Source of the DNA: a virus
Lineage: Duplodnaviria > Heunggongvirae > Uroviricota > Caudoviricetes
IMG/VR virus record: IMGVR_UViG_3300022746_000001
Reading direction: 5' to 3' (one strand)
DNA: 64,000 bases
Below the pieces are notes generated by a model. The model ran no database searches. It was not told where the DNA came from and saw nothing but the letters and a program-made list of their open reading frames with translations. Both the position numbers and the translations under genes were made by a program. This document shows positions 55,201-64,000 of this stretch, in pieces (the stretch's first letter is position 1; the number at the start of each line of letters is the position of its first letter).

Positions 55201-55389
55201 TCAGGCAAAGATGATGGCTGACCGGCCTATGATTGTCGAAACGATATGTAGAGCGCCCAATGAGGGGTGGTCGCCAAACTGGATAACAGAGACGCCCAGG
55301 TCTATCGTGGACTGGATGGTCATGGATTCAAGAATTTCGGCACATTGCTCTAAAGACAACTCCTGAGATTTGGTTTCTTGCACTAGCAT
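55201..55389 (-). CDS. hypothetical protein
   Basis: strong AAGGAGAGG RBS. Confidence 0.45.
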   Translation of the reverse strand: MLVQETKSQELSLEQCAEILESMTIQSTIDLGVSVIQFGDHPSLGALHIVSTIIGRSAIIFA

Positions 55390-55569
55390 TACCTCTCCTT
55401 TTTGATGAGAACGCCCGTAATTATAGTCACTGACCGCTTAGTTATTGCTAACTGCAAAAAATAGAAATGTGTGATAAATTGCCAGTAAAACAAACTCACT
55501 ACTTATTTAACCCGCGTTTATAATTTAGAAGTCAGCTCGACGTTTGAGCTAAATTTTTGGGAGAAAGCT

Positions 55570-56016
55570 ATGGCTATCACTAAAGCTGTGCGAGTCACTC
55601 CACCGACCGCAAGTAAGCCGAAGAATGTTGCCGAATACATATCGTGGCAGATCAACCTGTGTGGCAAGAAGCAAATCGAAATCGCTGAAGAAGTCGGCTT
55701 TGATAAGCCGAACGTCATCACAATGATTAAGCAGGGAAAGACCAAGGTTCCGATCAACAAGATTGGAAAAATGGCGAAAGCACTCAATGTTGACCCCATC
55801 TTCTTCTTGAGGATGTGCATCAATGAGTACATGCCAGACATGATGGAAGCCATTACCGCCATCATAAACCAACCCGTTTTTACGGCCAATGAAATTGATT
55901 TCATTGAGGAAATGAGAGCTTCGAAGATAGTTAACCCGAAGCTGGAGACCAAAGATGATCGCGCCAGATTCAGGGAGTTCTTGAAGACACTGAAAAGCGA
56001 CAATGGCGGAAACTGA
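55570..56016 (+). CDS. XRE-family helix-turn-helix transcriptional regulator (repressor-like)
   Basis: HTH QIEIAEEVGFDKPNVITMIKQGKT; GGGAGAAAG RBS; AT-rich divergent promoter region upstream. Confidence 0.7.
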   Translation: MAITKAVRVTPPTASKPKNVAEYISWQINLCGKKQIEIAEEVGFDKPNVITMIKQGKTKVPINKIGKMAKALNVDPIFFLRMCINEYMPDMMEAITAIINQPVFTANEIDFIEEMRASKIVNPKLETKDDRARFREFLKTLKSDNGGN

Positions 56017-56050
56017 GCAAAGTTTCGTCACTACTGAATAAGGCACCTTC

Positions 56051-56076
56051 GGGTGCCTTTTTTTTCAACTAAGGAT
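56051..56076 (+). terminator. rho-independent terminator
   Basis: AGGCACC-TTCG-GGTGCCT followed by T8. Confidence 0.7.
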
Positions 56077-56122
56077 TTAGTGACTATCATATAAATTCAC
56101 TCGTGACTTATCAACAAGCCAA

Positions 56123-56380
56123 ATGATGATGCGTTTTATAAAGATTGCCGAAGTCGAACAGATTTCAGGATTCAAGAAATCCAAGATTTATTCCATGATC
56201 CAACAGGGCGAGTTTCCTCAACCCGTCAAGATCGGTCGCTCGTCTAATTGGCTACTCTCGGAGCTTGAGGGATGGATAGCCTTGCGCGCCATGCAGCGAA
56301 CCACTCCCACGGTTGAATGGAGTAGTTACAGTTCCCAGAGCGCAGGTCATCCAGATAGTCAGCCCACCCCTGCACCATGA
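56123..56380 (+). CDS. alpA: AlpA-family excisionase-like DNA-binding protein
   Basis: MRFIKIAEVEQISGFKKSKIYSMIQQGEFPQPVKIGRSSNWLLSELEGWI matches AlpA pattern; 3' end overlaps integrase by about 137 nt. Confidence 0.65.
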   Translation: MMMRFIKIAEVEQISGFKKSKIYSMIQQGEFPQPVKIGRSSNWLLSELEGWIALRAMQRTTPTVEWSSYSSQSAGHPDSQPTPAP

Positions 56381-57518
56381 TGCAGCGCTCTTGCCAATAC
56401 TCAGCGCGGTTGTAGGCGCGTTCAACCTTACTCTCCAGCTCGTGCGCTAATTGCTTTTCGACAACTTTGGAATCGAAGCCGCCCTCTTCCAACAAGGTCT
56501 TGGCAGTAGTTCTAAAGCCGTGTGTGGAGTGAATTTCTTTGTAGCCCAGGCGATGCAAGTTCTTCATGAAGGTGGTGTCGCCATAGACGCCACCTCGCGG
56601 ACTTGGGAATACAAGACCTTCCGAGCCTGTGACTGTTTTCAGGTTTTCAAGCATTTCAACTGCTTGCTTGGACAGAGGGCACAGAAAGTCTTTTCTTGCT
56701 TTCATCTGATGCGCCGGTAATGTCCAAGTCGCATTCGGAAGATCAAACTGTTCCCATGATGCGTATCGTAAGTTTTGCGGACGAACGAAGACCAACGCAT
56801 TCAGGCGCAACGCAATCACAGGCAATGTCTGCTCGTCGTTGTCCAGCTTTCGCAATAACTCCCCAAGTTGTTCAGGGACAATGAGTGCAGGAAAGTGACG
56901 CTCTTTATGCTGCGCAAATCCATCGCGCTTTACTCTTGCAATTGGATTGCCTGGAAGTTCGCCGCGATCATAAGCGGCTTCAAATGCTCGATTTAGGAGT
57001 GATCGTACTCGGGTTAGCTTGTAATTCGCACCGCGCTTTTCTACTCTTTCAAGCAAGCTCCGAATGTCATCAGGTGTGATACCGATCGCCTCGCGTTTAC
57101 CGATGAACGGTAGAACGTCTCGCTTCATGGCAATCTCATAGTCGTCGTAGTGAGTGTCGCTCCAATCTTTCTTGTTGCGCTCCATCCACCCGTACAAAAG
57201 TTCCGAGACCGTTTGGTGCTTGGTCACGATCCTCTCGACACGACGAGCCTCGACAGGGTCTTTCCCCAACTGTACTTTTTCCCTAGCTTGCTGTGCCAGG
57301 GTACGAGCCGTACTTAGCGAGACTGCGGGATAGGTTCCGATGGAATAGGTCTTACGTTTTCCATACAGGGAGTAGTTCAAAGTCCAGCTTGCAGAGCCGT
57401 TGGGTCGAACGACTAGGTACAGGTTTTCGCCGTCCGCTATCTTCGTTACTCCACCCTTGTCTCTTGCTTGCTTGAGCCTTGATTCTAAAGACTTTTGGGA
57501 CAACTCATGTAACGCCAT
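56244..57518 (-). CDS. int: tyrosine integrase (P4-type, N-terminal arm-binding domain)
   Basis: GGAGG RBS before ATG 57518; catalytic-region HGFRTT...HEL...RAYNRAEY. Confidence 0.8.
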   Translation of the reverse strand: MALHELSQKSLESRLKQARDKGGVTKIADGENLYLVVRPNGSASWTLNYSLYGKRKTYSIGTYPAVSLSTARTLAQQAREKVQLGKDPVEARRVERIVTKHQTVSELLYGWMERNKKDWSDTHYDDYEIAMKRDVLPFIGKREAIGITPDDIRSLLERVEKRGANYKLTRVRSLLNRAFEAAYDRGELPGNPIARVKRDGFAQHKERHFPALIVPEQLGELLRKLDNDEQTLPVIALRLNALVFVRPQNLRYASWEQFDLPNATWTLPAHQMKARKDFLCPLSKQAVEMLENLKTVTGSEGLVFPSPRGGVYGDTTFMKNLHRLGYKEIHSTHGFRTTAKTLLEEGGFDSKVVEKQLAHELESKVERAYNRAEYWQERCIMVQGWADYLDDLRSGNCNYSIQPWEWFAAWRARLSIPQAPRVAN

Positions 57519-57519
57519 G

Positions 57520-57830
57520 TGGTAACGCCTCCAAACAAATGTGGTAACGGTCTTGAGTGTAGTGACCGATTTCTTAGTTACCACCGGCGTTACCACTTTA
57601 TTTTCTGGAAGTCAGGGGATTGGCATGGAGAGTGGTGGAAAAGAAAAACCCCCAGAACCTAGTGGTGGTGGGGGTTTCGCTTTTGCTGAACACTCTGGCG
57701 GAGGTCAGCGGACTACCAGTTTCAAGCAGGTGCCAAATATTTGGCGGAGACGGAGGGATTCGTACTTCTAGTCTCTATGAGGCTTTCGGGAGGATTCCAA
57801 ATTCGTTACCACCGCCGTTACCACTTGAGT
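57520..57830. repeat. candidate att region with direct GTTACCAC arm-type repeats
   Basis: GTTACCACCGGCGTTACCACTT and GTTACCACCGCCGTTACCACTTGAGTG plus further GTTACCAC/GTGGTAAC copies beside integrase start. Confidence 0.5.
57640..57676 (-). terminator. rho-independent terminator
   Basis: CCCCCA...TGGGGG stem then TTTTTCTTTTCC on minus strand. Confidence 0.55.
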
Positions 57831-58452
57831 GAGCCGGCGAATAAACCGTCCGAATCAACTCATCTACCACCGTGTCAATGTTGTCCTCATTGAACCACAA
57901 CAGGTTTACATCTGCCAGAGAGCGGCATTGCTCAAACCAGTGCGTCTCTTCGCCCATCATAACACTGAGGCGCTTCGAGTAGGTATCCAAGACTTTCTCA
58001 GCCCCTTCTGGATTTCCGATGCCGCCCACGATGAAGTCCTGGATCATGCGCTCCAAGAATCGTTTGGCAATTACGCTGTACGGATTGTTCACAAAAACGG
58101 AGACGATTCGAATCCCCTTTTGCAATCCATATTCGCGAACTTGGCGAAGACCTTCAGGCTCAACAACGACGACAACAGGCTTGCTTTTCGCAAACACTCG
58201 TTCCACTTCGCAAGCACTGACGCCGTACAGGTTTCCATTAAATTCAACCTGCTCAATGTATGCACCTTCGGCTGCATTCTTTTTAAATGCTTCAGGCGAC
58301 ACGAAGTAATATGATTGCCCATCTACTTCGCCTTTTCGCATGGGTCGAGTGGTCGTGGAAATTACGTTCTCAAAGCCTGCTTGTTTTAGCCTTGCTTCAA
58401 GTGTTGATTTGCCAGAGCATGATGGGCCGGTGAGGGTTAGGATTGTTTTCAT
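57775..58452 (-). CDS. guanylate kinase-like nucleoside monophosphate kinase
   Basis: LTGPSCSGKSTL, TTRPMRKGEVDGQSYYFVS. Confidence 0.7.
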   Translation of the reverse strand: MKTILTLTGPSCSGKSTLEARLKQAGFENVISTTTRPMRKGEVDGQSYYFVSPEAFKKNAAEGAYIEQVEFNGNLYGVSACEVERVFAKSKPVVVVVEPEGLRQVREYGLQKGIRIVSVFVNNPYSVIAKRFLERMIQDFIVGGIGNPEGAEKVLDTYSKRLSVMMGEETHWFEQCRSLADVNLLWFNEDNIDTVVDELIRTVYSPAHSSGNGGGNEFGILPKAS

Positions 58453-58910
58453 TCTGCAATCTCCTTGAATGTTGTGTAGTACGTGTTGATCTTCAAGGCG
58501 TTATTGCCGTTGTATATGATTGAACCTTGAGAGCCGAGATATGTATCCAAACTCCAACCTTCGCGTTGAAACATTTTGTCTGGGTCTTCTTTCAACAATT
58601 GGCGAATTTTTTCCTTGTTGTATGTCTCTATGCCTTTTGACTCCAGGTACTCCTTAGACAGCTCAAAAGTCACCGACTCCACAATTCGACGTTTACCTAT
58701 CTTGTCAAGACTGCGGACAACCATGTTTGCCTCTACATTTGAAAGGCCAGTTAGTGCTTCTGCAAAACTAGCCAGAGGCACTTCAAGTTCGACAAATTCA
58801 ATTCGACTTGCCTCATCTTGAATGGCTATTCTGATAAACGGGTTGTCGTCAGATCGAAAGCCGTATGGCCTGCTGATCGTTAGCTTTCCTTTAAGGGTTT
58901 GCTTGCTCAT
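58449..58910 (-). CDS. hypothetical protein
   Basis: AAAGGAGAAAG RBS. Confidence 0.5.
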   Translation of the reverse strand: MSKQTLKGKLTISRPYGFRSDDNPFIRIAIQDEASRIEFVELEVPLASFAEALTGLSNVEANMVVRSLDKIGKRRIVESVTFELSKEYLESKGIETYNKEKIRQLLKEDPDKMFQREGWSLDTYLGSQGSIIYNGNNALKINTYYTTFKEIAE

Positions 58911-59091
58911 TTACTTTCTCCTTTGGCGTTAGCTTTTTGGTAATGAGCATCAGGAAAGCCGTCATTACAAAAATGGGGACTTCCTCCCCGTTCTTGTCGA
59001 TGACTTGAACCAACCCACCTAACCCTGTTGGAGTTACTTTCTCTGTCCAGGGAAAGGTGTTTTGTAACGCCTTGAACTGCTCATCATTCAC
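58891..59091 (-). CDS. hypothetical protein
   Basis: ORF track. Confidence 0.4.
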   Translation of the reverse strand: MNDEQFKALQNTFPWTEKVTPTGLGGLVQVIDKNGEEVPIFVMTAFLMLITKKLTPKEKVNEQANP

Positions 59092-60453
59092 TTATGCTGC
59101 CTCCATCGCCGCTTCTTGCTGAGTGATGATTCGCGCTAAGTCATCGGCGACTGACTTGTCTTTGCGCTCCTCAACAAAGCGAGGCAGAAATAGTGAGTGA
59201 AGTGAATTACTTTCGGATGGGCGCATGATGCTGTTGGCGCGAACCGTGATGATCTTTCCACCGCCACTCCACTCGTCTCGCGCTTCGTGAATCTCCTTGC
59301 GCTTGCCGTCTGTGAATCCAGAGACCGACACTTGAAGTTCGCCGCATGAGGATTTGCAGATCATGGAACCGAAGGTGTCTGCGTTCTTGCCGTTACCAGC
59401 TTCAAAGCCGATAACCTCAAGCTCAACCTCAAACTCCAGCTTCAGCTTGACCTGCTCTTTACTTGTCCCATCACGCCAGATAGCGTGAGGGTTCTTGATG
59501 ATCGTGCCTTCCTTACCTTGCTTGAGAAGGTCGCGGTAGTGACCATAGGCATCGCTCAGTGAGTGATAAATGCGTGTCTCGATCAAAGCCACAACTTCAC
59601 CTTGCGTTGTCTTTAATTGACGGTTTAGCGAGGCCAAGCGTCTGATGTACGGCACTTCATACTTGCCCTTTGTAACTACCGCAGACAAGGGAATTTGGTC
59701 CCAAATGAGGAAGATGGGGCGCTCATTGGCTGCGAATGAACCGCCGCTCAAGATGCTGTTCAGAATGCCGTTACCAATCTCACGCGCACAAACCACGCCG
59801 TCACGCATCACTAACAGTTCGCCATGACTTTGAGTGTTGGGAGTTAAGCGGTCTGCAATCTCGATAGCCAGCTCTTCGAACGCCTCGATAGGGAATGGTG
59901 AACCTTGACGACTTGTAATTCGAACAATGCCGCCCTCTTCCAAATCGACGTTAGCAAACATACCATCCGCTTTCTCTTGCGAGAACACGCCGAGAGTCCA
60001 GTCAAACTCGTTGAGCTTGGCATCTTTGGGCAGTGTGCAGCGCATGTAAGGAAAGTCGGGGATGAGACCCTTCCAGACCTTGTTGCAGGTGGATTCGCTG
60101 AAGCCGGCGCGCATGTCTTTTGAAACGATGCGCCAAAGCAGCTCGGCCGATTCTTTGTTCAGCGCTGTCAACTCGCCACGAAGGTATTCGATAGCGTTGT
60201 TGCCAGTTACTTTGCGGCTGATTAAGTCGTCCAGGAGTTCGAACGTGCCTTCGTCAAACTCATTGTCGCAATGCTCACCAATCGTATCTGGACGCTTTGC
60301 AATGCCGTAGGTCTTGAACGGGTTGTAGGCGTACTCAAGCACCTTCTTGAGCATGTCGTCGTCCTTATGGGCCGACAGGTGTGCGATCTTGTCGTTCTTG
60401 CCAGACGTTTTGGCGACGTAATCAATTACGTCAAAGGCTTGGCTGGAGTTCAT
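59092..60453 (-). CDS. ATP-dependent DNA ligase
   Basis: motif I SQEKADGMF (KxDG), motif IV EGTIIKNP, motif VI LFLPRFVEERKDK. Confidence 0.8.
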   Translation of the reverse strand: MNSSQAFDVIDYVAKTSGKNDKIAHLSAHKDDDMLKKVLEYAYNPFKTYGIAKRPDTIGEHCDNEFDEGTFELLDDLISRKVTGNNAIEYLRGELTALNKESAELLWRIVSKDMRAGFSESTCNKVWKGLIPDFPYMRCTLPKDAKLNEFDWTLGVFSQEKADGMFANVDLEEGGIVRITSRQGSPFPIEAFEELAIEIADRLTPNTQSHGELLVMRDGVVCAREIGNGILNSILSGGSFAANERPIFLIWDQIPLSAVVTKGKYEVPYIRRLASLNRQLKTTQGEVVALIETRIYHSLSDAYGHYRDLLKQGKEGTIIKNPHAIWRDGTSKEQVKLKLEFEVELEVIGFEAGNGKNADTFGSMICKSSCGELQVSVSGFTDGKRKEIHEARDEWSGGGKIITVRANSIMRPSESNSLHSLFLPRFVEERKDKSVADDLARIITQQEAAMEAA

Positions 60454-60767
60454 GCAGCGCTCTTTTCTTTCTCGTCAGCCAGCGTCTTGTCGATAGACTG
60501 ATACAGGCCGTCGATATGAGGAACCAACTCCTCCGCTGCGGTCATGAACATGGCTTTAGCGTCTTCGGCTGTCTTGCCGCTTTCGTATGCGCCGGCAGCC
60601 ACTAGTTGAATCAAGCAAGTCATACAGCCAGAAACAACGGCGGGAAACTCGATGCCGTCGTCTTGCAGCTTGTCGGCGGTAATACCGAATTGCTTGATGG
60701 CGTCCATGATCTGACCCTGCATGTACGCAGTGATGATTACAGGCTGTTCGTTTTGTTGGTCACTCAT
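60450..60767 (-). CDS. hypothetical protein
   Basis: ORF track. Confidence 0.45.
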   Translation of the reverse strand: MSDQQNEQPVIITAYMQGQIMDAIKQFGITADKLQDDGIEFPAVVSGCMTCLIQLVAAGAYESGKTAEDAKAMFMTAAEELVPHIDGLYQSIDKTLADEKEKSAA

Positions 60768-60770
60768 GAC

Positions 60771-61382
60771 TTACTCCTTTGGGTGTGAATTTTTCATGTG
60801 CAGCTTGGCGATTTCCAAGAGGCTCATGCCAGGTTTTTGAACTACGGGTTCGGGTGTCTCGACAGGTTCGGGTGTCGCAGCTTGCGCTTGCGTTTCCTTG
60901 ATTGCCGCATTGATTGCTGCGGCGTAACCATCTTCTTCATTAGAAGTTGATTGTATTGATTTCGCTGCTATTTTCGGTTGGGGAGTTGAAGCTGCCGTAG
61001 GCGATGTTGTCCCGTGCGCTGGCTTCTTCACAGGTGGGCGTTGTGCTGCGTAGGCTTCGCGTTGTGCTTGCGCTTGTTTGTCCAGTTCTTCAAGCATGAG
61101 CCTGCGATCAACGTAGTACATGGCTTTGCCAGCAAGCTGCTCTTGCTCACGCATCGGCATTGCGGGGCATGACTTACCCTTGATAGCGGTTTCACATACC
61201 GTATAGGCAGACAAGCTGCGGTCACGCTCGAATGCCGCGATCTTATTCAGACACACTGCGTAGCCTGCGCGAAAGCCAGCTTCTTTGCAGCCCACCGTGT
61301 AGGTGTTGGTTCCACTCATTGATTGCGCTGCGGGATAGATGGGTTGTCTCGCCAGTACCGCTTCGTTGATTGCATCACTCAT
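60771..61382 (-). CDS. hypothetical protein
   Basis: AGGAGAAAGT RBS before internal ATG. Confidence 0.5.
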   Translation of the reverse strand: MSDAINEAVLARQPIYPAAQSMSGTNTYTVGCKEAGFRAGYAVCLNKIAAFERDRSLSAYTVCETAIKGKSCPAMPMREQEQLAGKAMYYVDRRLMLEELDKQAQAQREAYAAQRPPVKKPAHGTTSPTAASTPQPKIAAKSIQSTSNEEDGYAAAINAAIKETQAQAATPEPVETPEPVVQKPGMSLLEIAKLHMKNSHPKE

Positions 61383-61390
61383 ACTTTCTC

Positions 61391-61666
61391 CTACCATGTG
61401 CCCCACTCAGGGCGTTCGATTAAAAACTGTTTTTGGGCCGCGACATTACTCAGCACTGACGTAAGTCTACTGCGCGCATTAAGGAGTTTGGTTGCTTCCT
61501 GCGAAGTCTCCAGCATCTTGAGTGCAGCTTTCCCAATTGCTTGGCTCTCTTCAGTGTTTTTCACTAGAGCCTCCGCGACTTCATCAATCCAGACGCTAGT
61601 TAGTTCTGTGCCCACGATCTTGTGAAACGTGGCTAATTGATCGGCGGTAAAGCTAATGGAAGGCAT
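61391..61666 (-). CDS. hypothetical protein
   Basis: TAATG overlap with upstream gene; ends PEWGTW. Confidence 0.45.
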   Translation of the reverse strand: MPSISFTADQLATFHKIVGTELTSVWIDEVAEALVKNTEESQAIGKAALKMLETSQEATKLLNARSRLTSVLSNVAAQKQFLIERPEWGTW

Positions 61667-62121
61667 TACCAGCTACCCCACTCTTCGCCGCGCTCCGGTT
61701 CAGGTTCTGGCTCCTCGCTGATAATGTCCGCTTCTGTTACGTCATCTGCCGGTAGCAGAATTTCAAACAGACCTAGCGCCTCCCAAATTTCGTCAGTTGA
61801 GCCGTAGTGGTTCTGAATTGCGCGTCCTAGATCGCCGTTCTCTACCGACAGCTCAGATACGCCAAGACCATGCAGCCCATACGACGATGATGTAATGTTG
61901 TAGCCACGATTGACTTTGCTTGAGACTGTCCGATCTGCCACCTGCTGCGCTTTTCTCAGAACGGGAAAACCCTCAACGGACTTTTGTCCGACTGAACCAT
62001 TTGCGCCCCACCGTTTAACCACAACATACTTGCCTTGTTCAGAGTTCCAAAACTCCACTAACTCGTAGAATTTTGTACCTCCCTCGTGAGCCAAGAATTT
62101 TGACTCGATATGAATTTTCAT
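61666..62121 (-). CDS. WGR-domain-like protein (tentative)
   Basis: GAGAGGAGAG RBS; KFYELVEFWNSEQGKYVVVKRWGANGSVGQ; acidic tail ending EEWGSW. Confidence 0.45.
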   Translation of the reverse strand: MKIHIESKFLAHEGGTKFYELVEFWNSEQGKYVVVKRWGANGSVGQKSVEGFPVLRKAQQVADRTVSSKVNRGYNITSSSYGLHGLGVSELSVENGDLGRAIQNHYGSTDEIWEALGLFEILLPADDVTEADIISEEPEPEPERGEEWGSW

Positions 62122-62193
62122 AGCTCTCCTCTCAAACTGATATTTCAATTCAAACTATAGAGTTCAAATCGCGGGGTAAACAGACTGGCTCAC

Positions 62194-63282
62194 TTATTCC
62201 CCGCTGTATTGAATCTTTAGCCTGGCCGCAACGCTTGGGGAAATCGCTTGGGCCTTCCAGTAGGCTTGACGCACGACGCTTGCCGGCACTTCGTTCGGGT
62301 CTTTACCCTTCGGCAAAATGGCAACCTTGGCGATTAGTCCGATCTTCTTAATCTCCAGAGCTGCATCTACGGCGTCGCAGATTGCTCGGGACTCACCGTC
62401 CCACATCAGCGTAACCACCTTCAGCCCCTTTTCCTTGAGCTGTAAAAGTTTTGCCATCTGACTGACTTCGTCACCGGAAGACAGATGCTTGCCAAATGTG
62501 CCAACAGGAATGACATTGCGCAACGCCATCTCCTGATCGAACGCGATCTTGACTGCCGCCACGTCGAACACGCCCTCATTCAGCACGATGCTTTCTGCGC
62601 CAACTGCGTTGTGTCCGTTGTAGAGGTATGCGCCTGTCGAGGCGTAGCCAGGCGGGAAGAGGTACTTCTGTTTGGCTGTGCCGCTAATGTCGCGACCTTG
62701 GAAACTGACTAGCTTTCCTTCGAGGTCAAAGATGGGGATGATGACCCGACCCGAGTAGTCTTGGACGATCTTGTCGCCATCAACACCCAAGTAGGAAAAC
62801 CCGCCGTTCTTGCAGAAGCGCAGGTGGAAGTAATCTGCGATCGCGCCAGTGATGCCACGATTGTCGAGATACTTGAGGTTGCGCCCTTGATGTGGCAGCG
62901 CGATGGATTCGGGTATTACCAACTCTGAAGCCATTTGTACTGGCGCAGATTTCTTGCGAGGTGGTTGCCAGCCAAATTCAGCCGCGACTGCCTTCACATG
63001 CTCAACCGCTTCTCTATCTGAGATTCGTCCGAGCGATGCCTTGATAAACTTCCAGCGATTGAATTTGGTTTCGCAATCGCCTGAGAAGCAGTTGCCCAAG
63101 CCGTTGTCGGCGTTGAGGTAGACCTTCCACTTTGAGTTGCCACAGCAGGGGCACTCTTTCACATTTAACTGAACGCCTCTCGAACCACGGGTAACTCGGT
63201 AGTCAATCCCCTGGCGGTCGAGCCAGCCTTCCATGTCAATCTGTTCTAGAGCCTCCTGAAGTTCGTCACTGCGGGTACTCAT
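62194..63282 (-). CDS. DnaG-like DNA primase (zinc ribbon + TOPRIM)
   Basis: CPCCGNSKWKVYLNADNGLGNCFSGDC zinc finger; TOPRIM SIVLNEGVFD...DGE; ATGA overlap with upstream small ORF. Confidence 0.8.
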   Translation of the reverse strand: MSTRSDELQEALEQIDMEGWLDRQGIDYRVTRGSRGVQLNVKECPCCGNSKWKVYLNADNGLGNCFSGDCETKFNRWKFIKASLGRISDREAVEHVKAVAAEFGWQPPRKKSAPVQMASELVIPESIALPHQGRNLKYLDNRGITGAIADYFHLRFCKNGGFSYLGVDGDKIVQDYSGRVIIPIFDLEGKLVSFQGRDISGTAKQKYLFPPGYASTGAYLYNGHNAVGAESIVLNEGVFDVAAVKIAFDQEMALRNVIPVGTFGKHLSSGDEVSQMAKLLQLKEKGLKVVTLMWDGESRAICDAVDAALEIKKIGLIAKVAILPKGKDPNEVPASVVRQAYWKAQAISPSVAARLKIQYSGE

Positions 63283-63416
63283 TTGGCAAGCTCTTGCTGG
63301 ATGAGCGCCCATGCCGCTGATGCTTCTCGAACAGCCTGTGCGTAATTGAATTGCGCATCCACTATCGCTCTTGCGCGAGCCAGCACAAATGCCTTAATAA
63401 ATTCAGCCTTGTGCAT
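63279..63416 (-). CDS. small hypothetical protein (45 aa) coupled between helicase and primase
   Basis: TAATG overlap with helicase stop and ATGA overlap with primase start. Confidence 0.3.
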   Translation of the reverse strand: MHKAEFIKAFVLARARAIVDAQFNYAQAVREASAAWALIQQELAK

Positions 63417-64000
63417 TACTCGACCCTCAACACCGATTCCATAAACTTCATCTTGGCAAGGTTCTGCTTAATAAAGAGCGTGAAGCCTGATTCTTGGTTT
63501 CGTGATGCGGCAAAATACAAACGTGCTTCACCTTTGCTGCGCTCCTCATCCGTGATGTTGATGGAAATCATCAAGTCAACGGTACGCACCTTGTTAAAGT
63601 CTTCAGCAACGTGTTCCGCTTTCGCGACTGTCGCCTTGTAACCCTCACGGTTTGTTTGTGTCGCGGTGAGCATCGCAACATCCTCTTCGGATGCAATGGC
63701 GCGAAGGTCAACGTAGACGCTCTTGGAGTTTTCAATCGGGTCGTTGTAGCGAAAGTTGGGCGCCATAATGTCAGCGTAGTCCACAACCACTAAGTCGAAC
63801 TTCATGCCTTGCGCGGCGTAGCGATGAATCAGTCCGCGCAGCATGTTTGGAGAGAACGTACCGCTTGGGAACTCATGAATCTTCAGGGCGCCGGCCTTCG
63901 CTGCGAGAGCCTCAATCTTGGCTTTTACGTCATGAATATGGCTGCCGAGCTGTTTGACTTCCGTGTCCGACAATGAGGCGTCAAGACGCTCTGCAATAAT
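63416..64000 (-). CDS. DnaB-like replicative helicase, C-terminal RecA-like domain (partial, N-terminus off window)
   Basis: FDLVVVDYADIM, MLTATQTNREG, RTVDLMISIN...ARLYFAASRNQESG; reading frame stays open to window edge. Confidence 0.75.
   Translation of the reverse strand: MIAERLDASLSDTEVKQLGSHIHDVKAKIEALAAKAGALKIHEFPSGTFSPNMLRGLIHRYAAQGMKFDLVVVDYADIMAPNFRYNDPIENSKSVYVDLRAIASEEDVAMLTATQTNREGYKATVAKAEHVAEDFNKVRTVDLMISINITDEERSKGEARLYFAASRNQESGFTLFIKQNLAKMKFMESVLRVE

Noticed and set aside
62194-63312. Primase start at 63312
   Set aside because: A small ORF (63279-63416) coupled to the helicase stop ends with TGA overlapping the ATG at 63282, which gives a conventional primase N-terminus; the 63312 start has no RBS.

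Overview
This 64-kb window is entirely phage-like (a large phage genome or prophage interior) of about 55-57% GC, densely coded, with most genes on the minus strand. Modules in order: (1) a plus-strand block (366-4579) divergent from a ParB-like nuclease gene: SF2 helicase, RHH regulator, several tiny Zn-ribbon/Cys-rich proteins and a DUF2493/SLOG (DprA/LOG-like) protein; (2) an AT-richer island plus a large repeat-dense non-coding region (4600-8700) with iterons, palindromes and CCTAGG-rich repeats; (3) about 40 small early-type hypothetical genes (8700-23600), including a frameshifted type IV pilin-like gene, a metallophosphoesterase and a DnaQ-like exonuclease; (4) SPFH lipoprotein + NfeD-like membrane protein + RNA ligase with a tRNA-binding OB domain; (5) nucleotide metabolism (P-loop kinase, MazG-like, ThyX, class II-like RNR, guanylate kinase-like); (6) a minus-strand array of 8 tRNAs (Ser, Leu, Trp, Thr, Pro, Glu, Asn, Met) interrupted by an odd element with a tRNA T-arm-like hairpin; (7) replication and recombination (RuvC-like, SbcC/SbcD, SleB-type cell wall hydrolase, RecA/UvsX-like, FEN, gp32-like SSB, DnaE with a C-terminal degenerate UDG-like domain, DNA ligase, WGR protein, DnaG-like primase, DnaB-like helicase); (8) a phage sigma factor next to a CobS/CobT-like AAA+/vWA pair; (9) an internal lysogeny module (XRE repressor, AlpA, P4-type tyrosine integrase, GTTACCAC arm-type repeats). 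No virion structural genes are present. The most striking sequence-level signals are a near-palindromic motif (AGTCAC-N2-3-GTGACTTA, at least 20 copies) sitting 10-60 nt upstream of gene blocks, CCTTATACA iterons, and a recurrent C-terminal [FW]G[STA]W tail on unrelated small proteins. All assignments rest on reading motifs by eye; coordinates of manually adjusted starts may be off by 1-3 nt.
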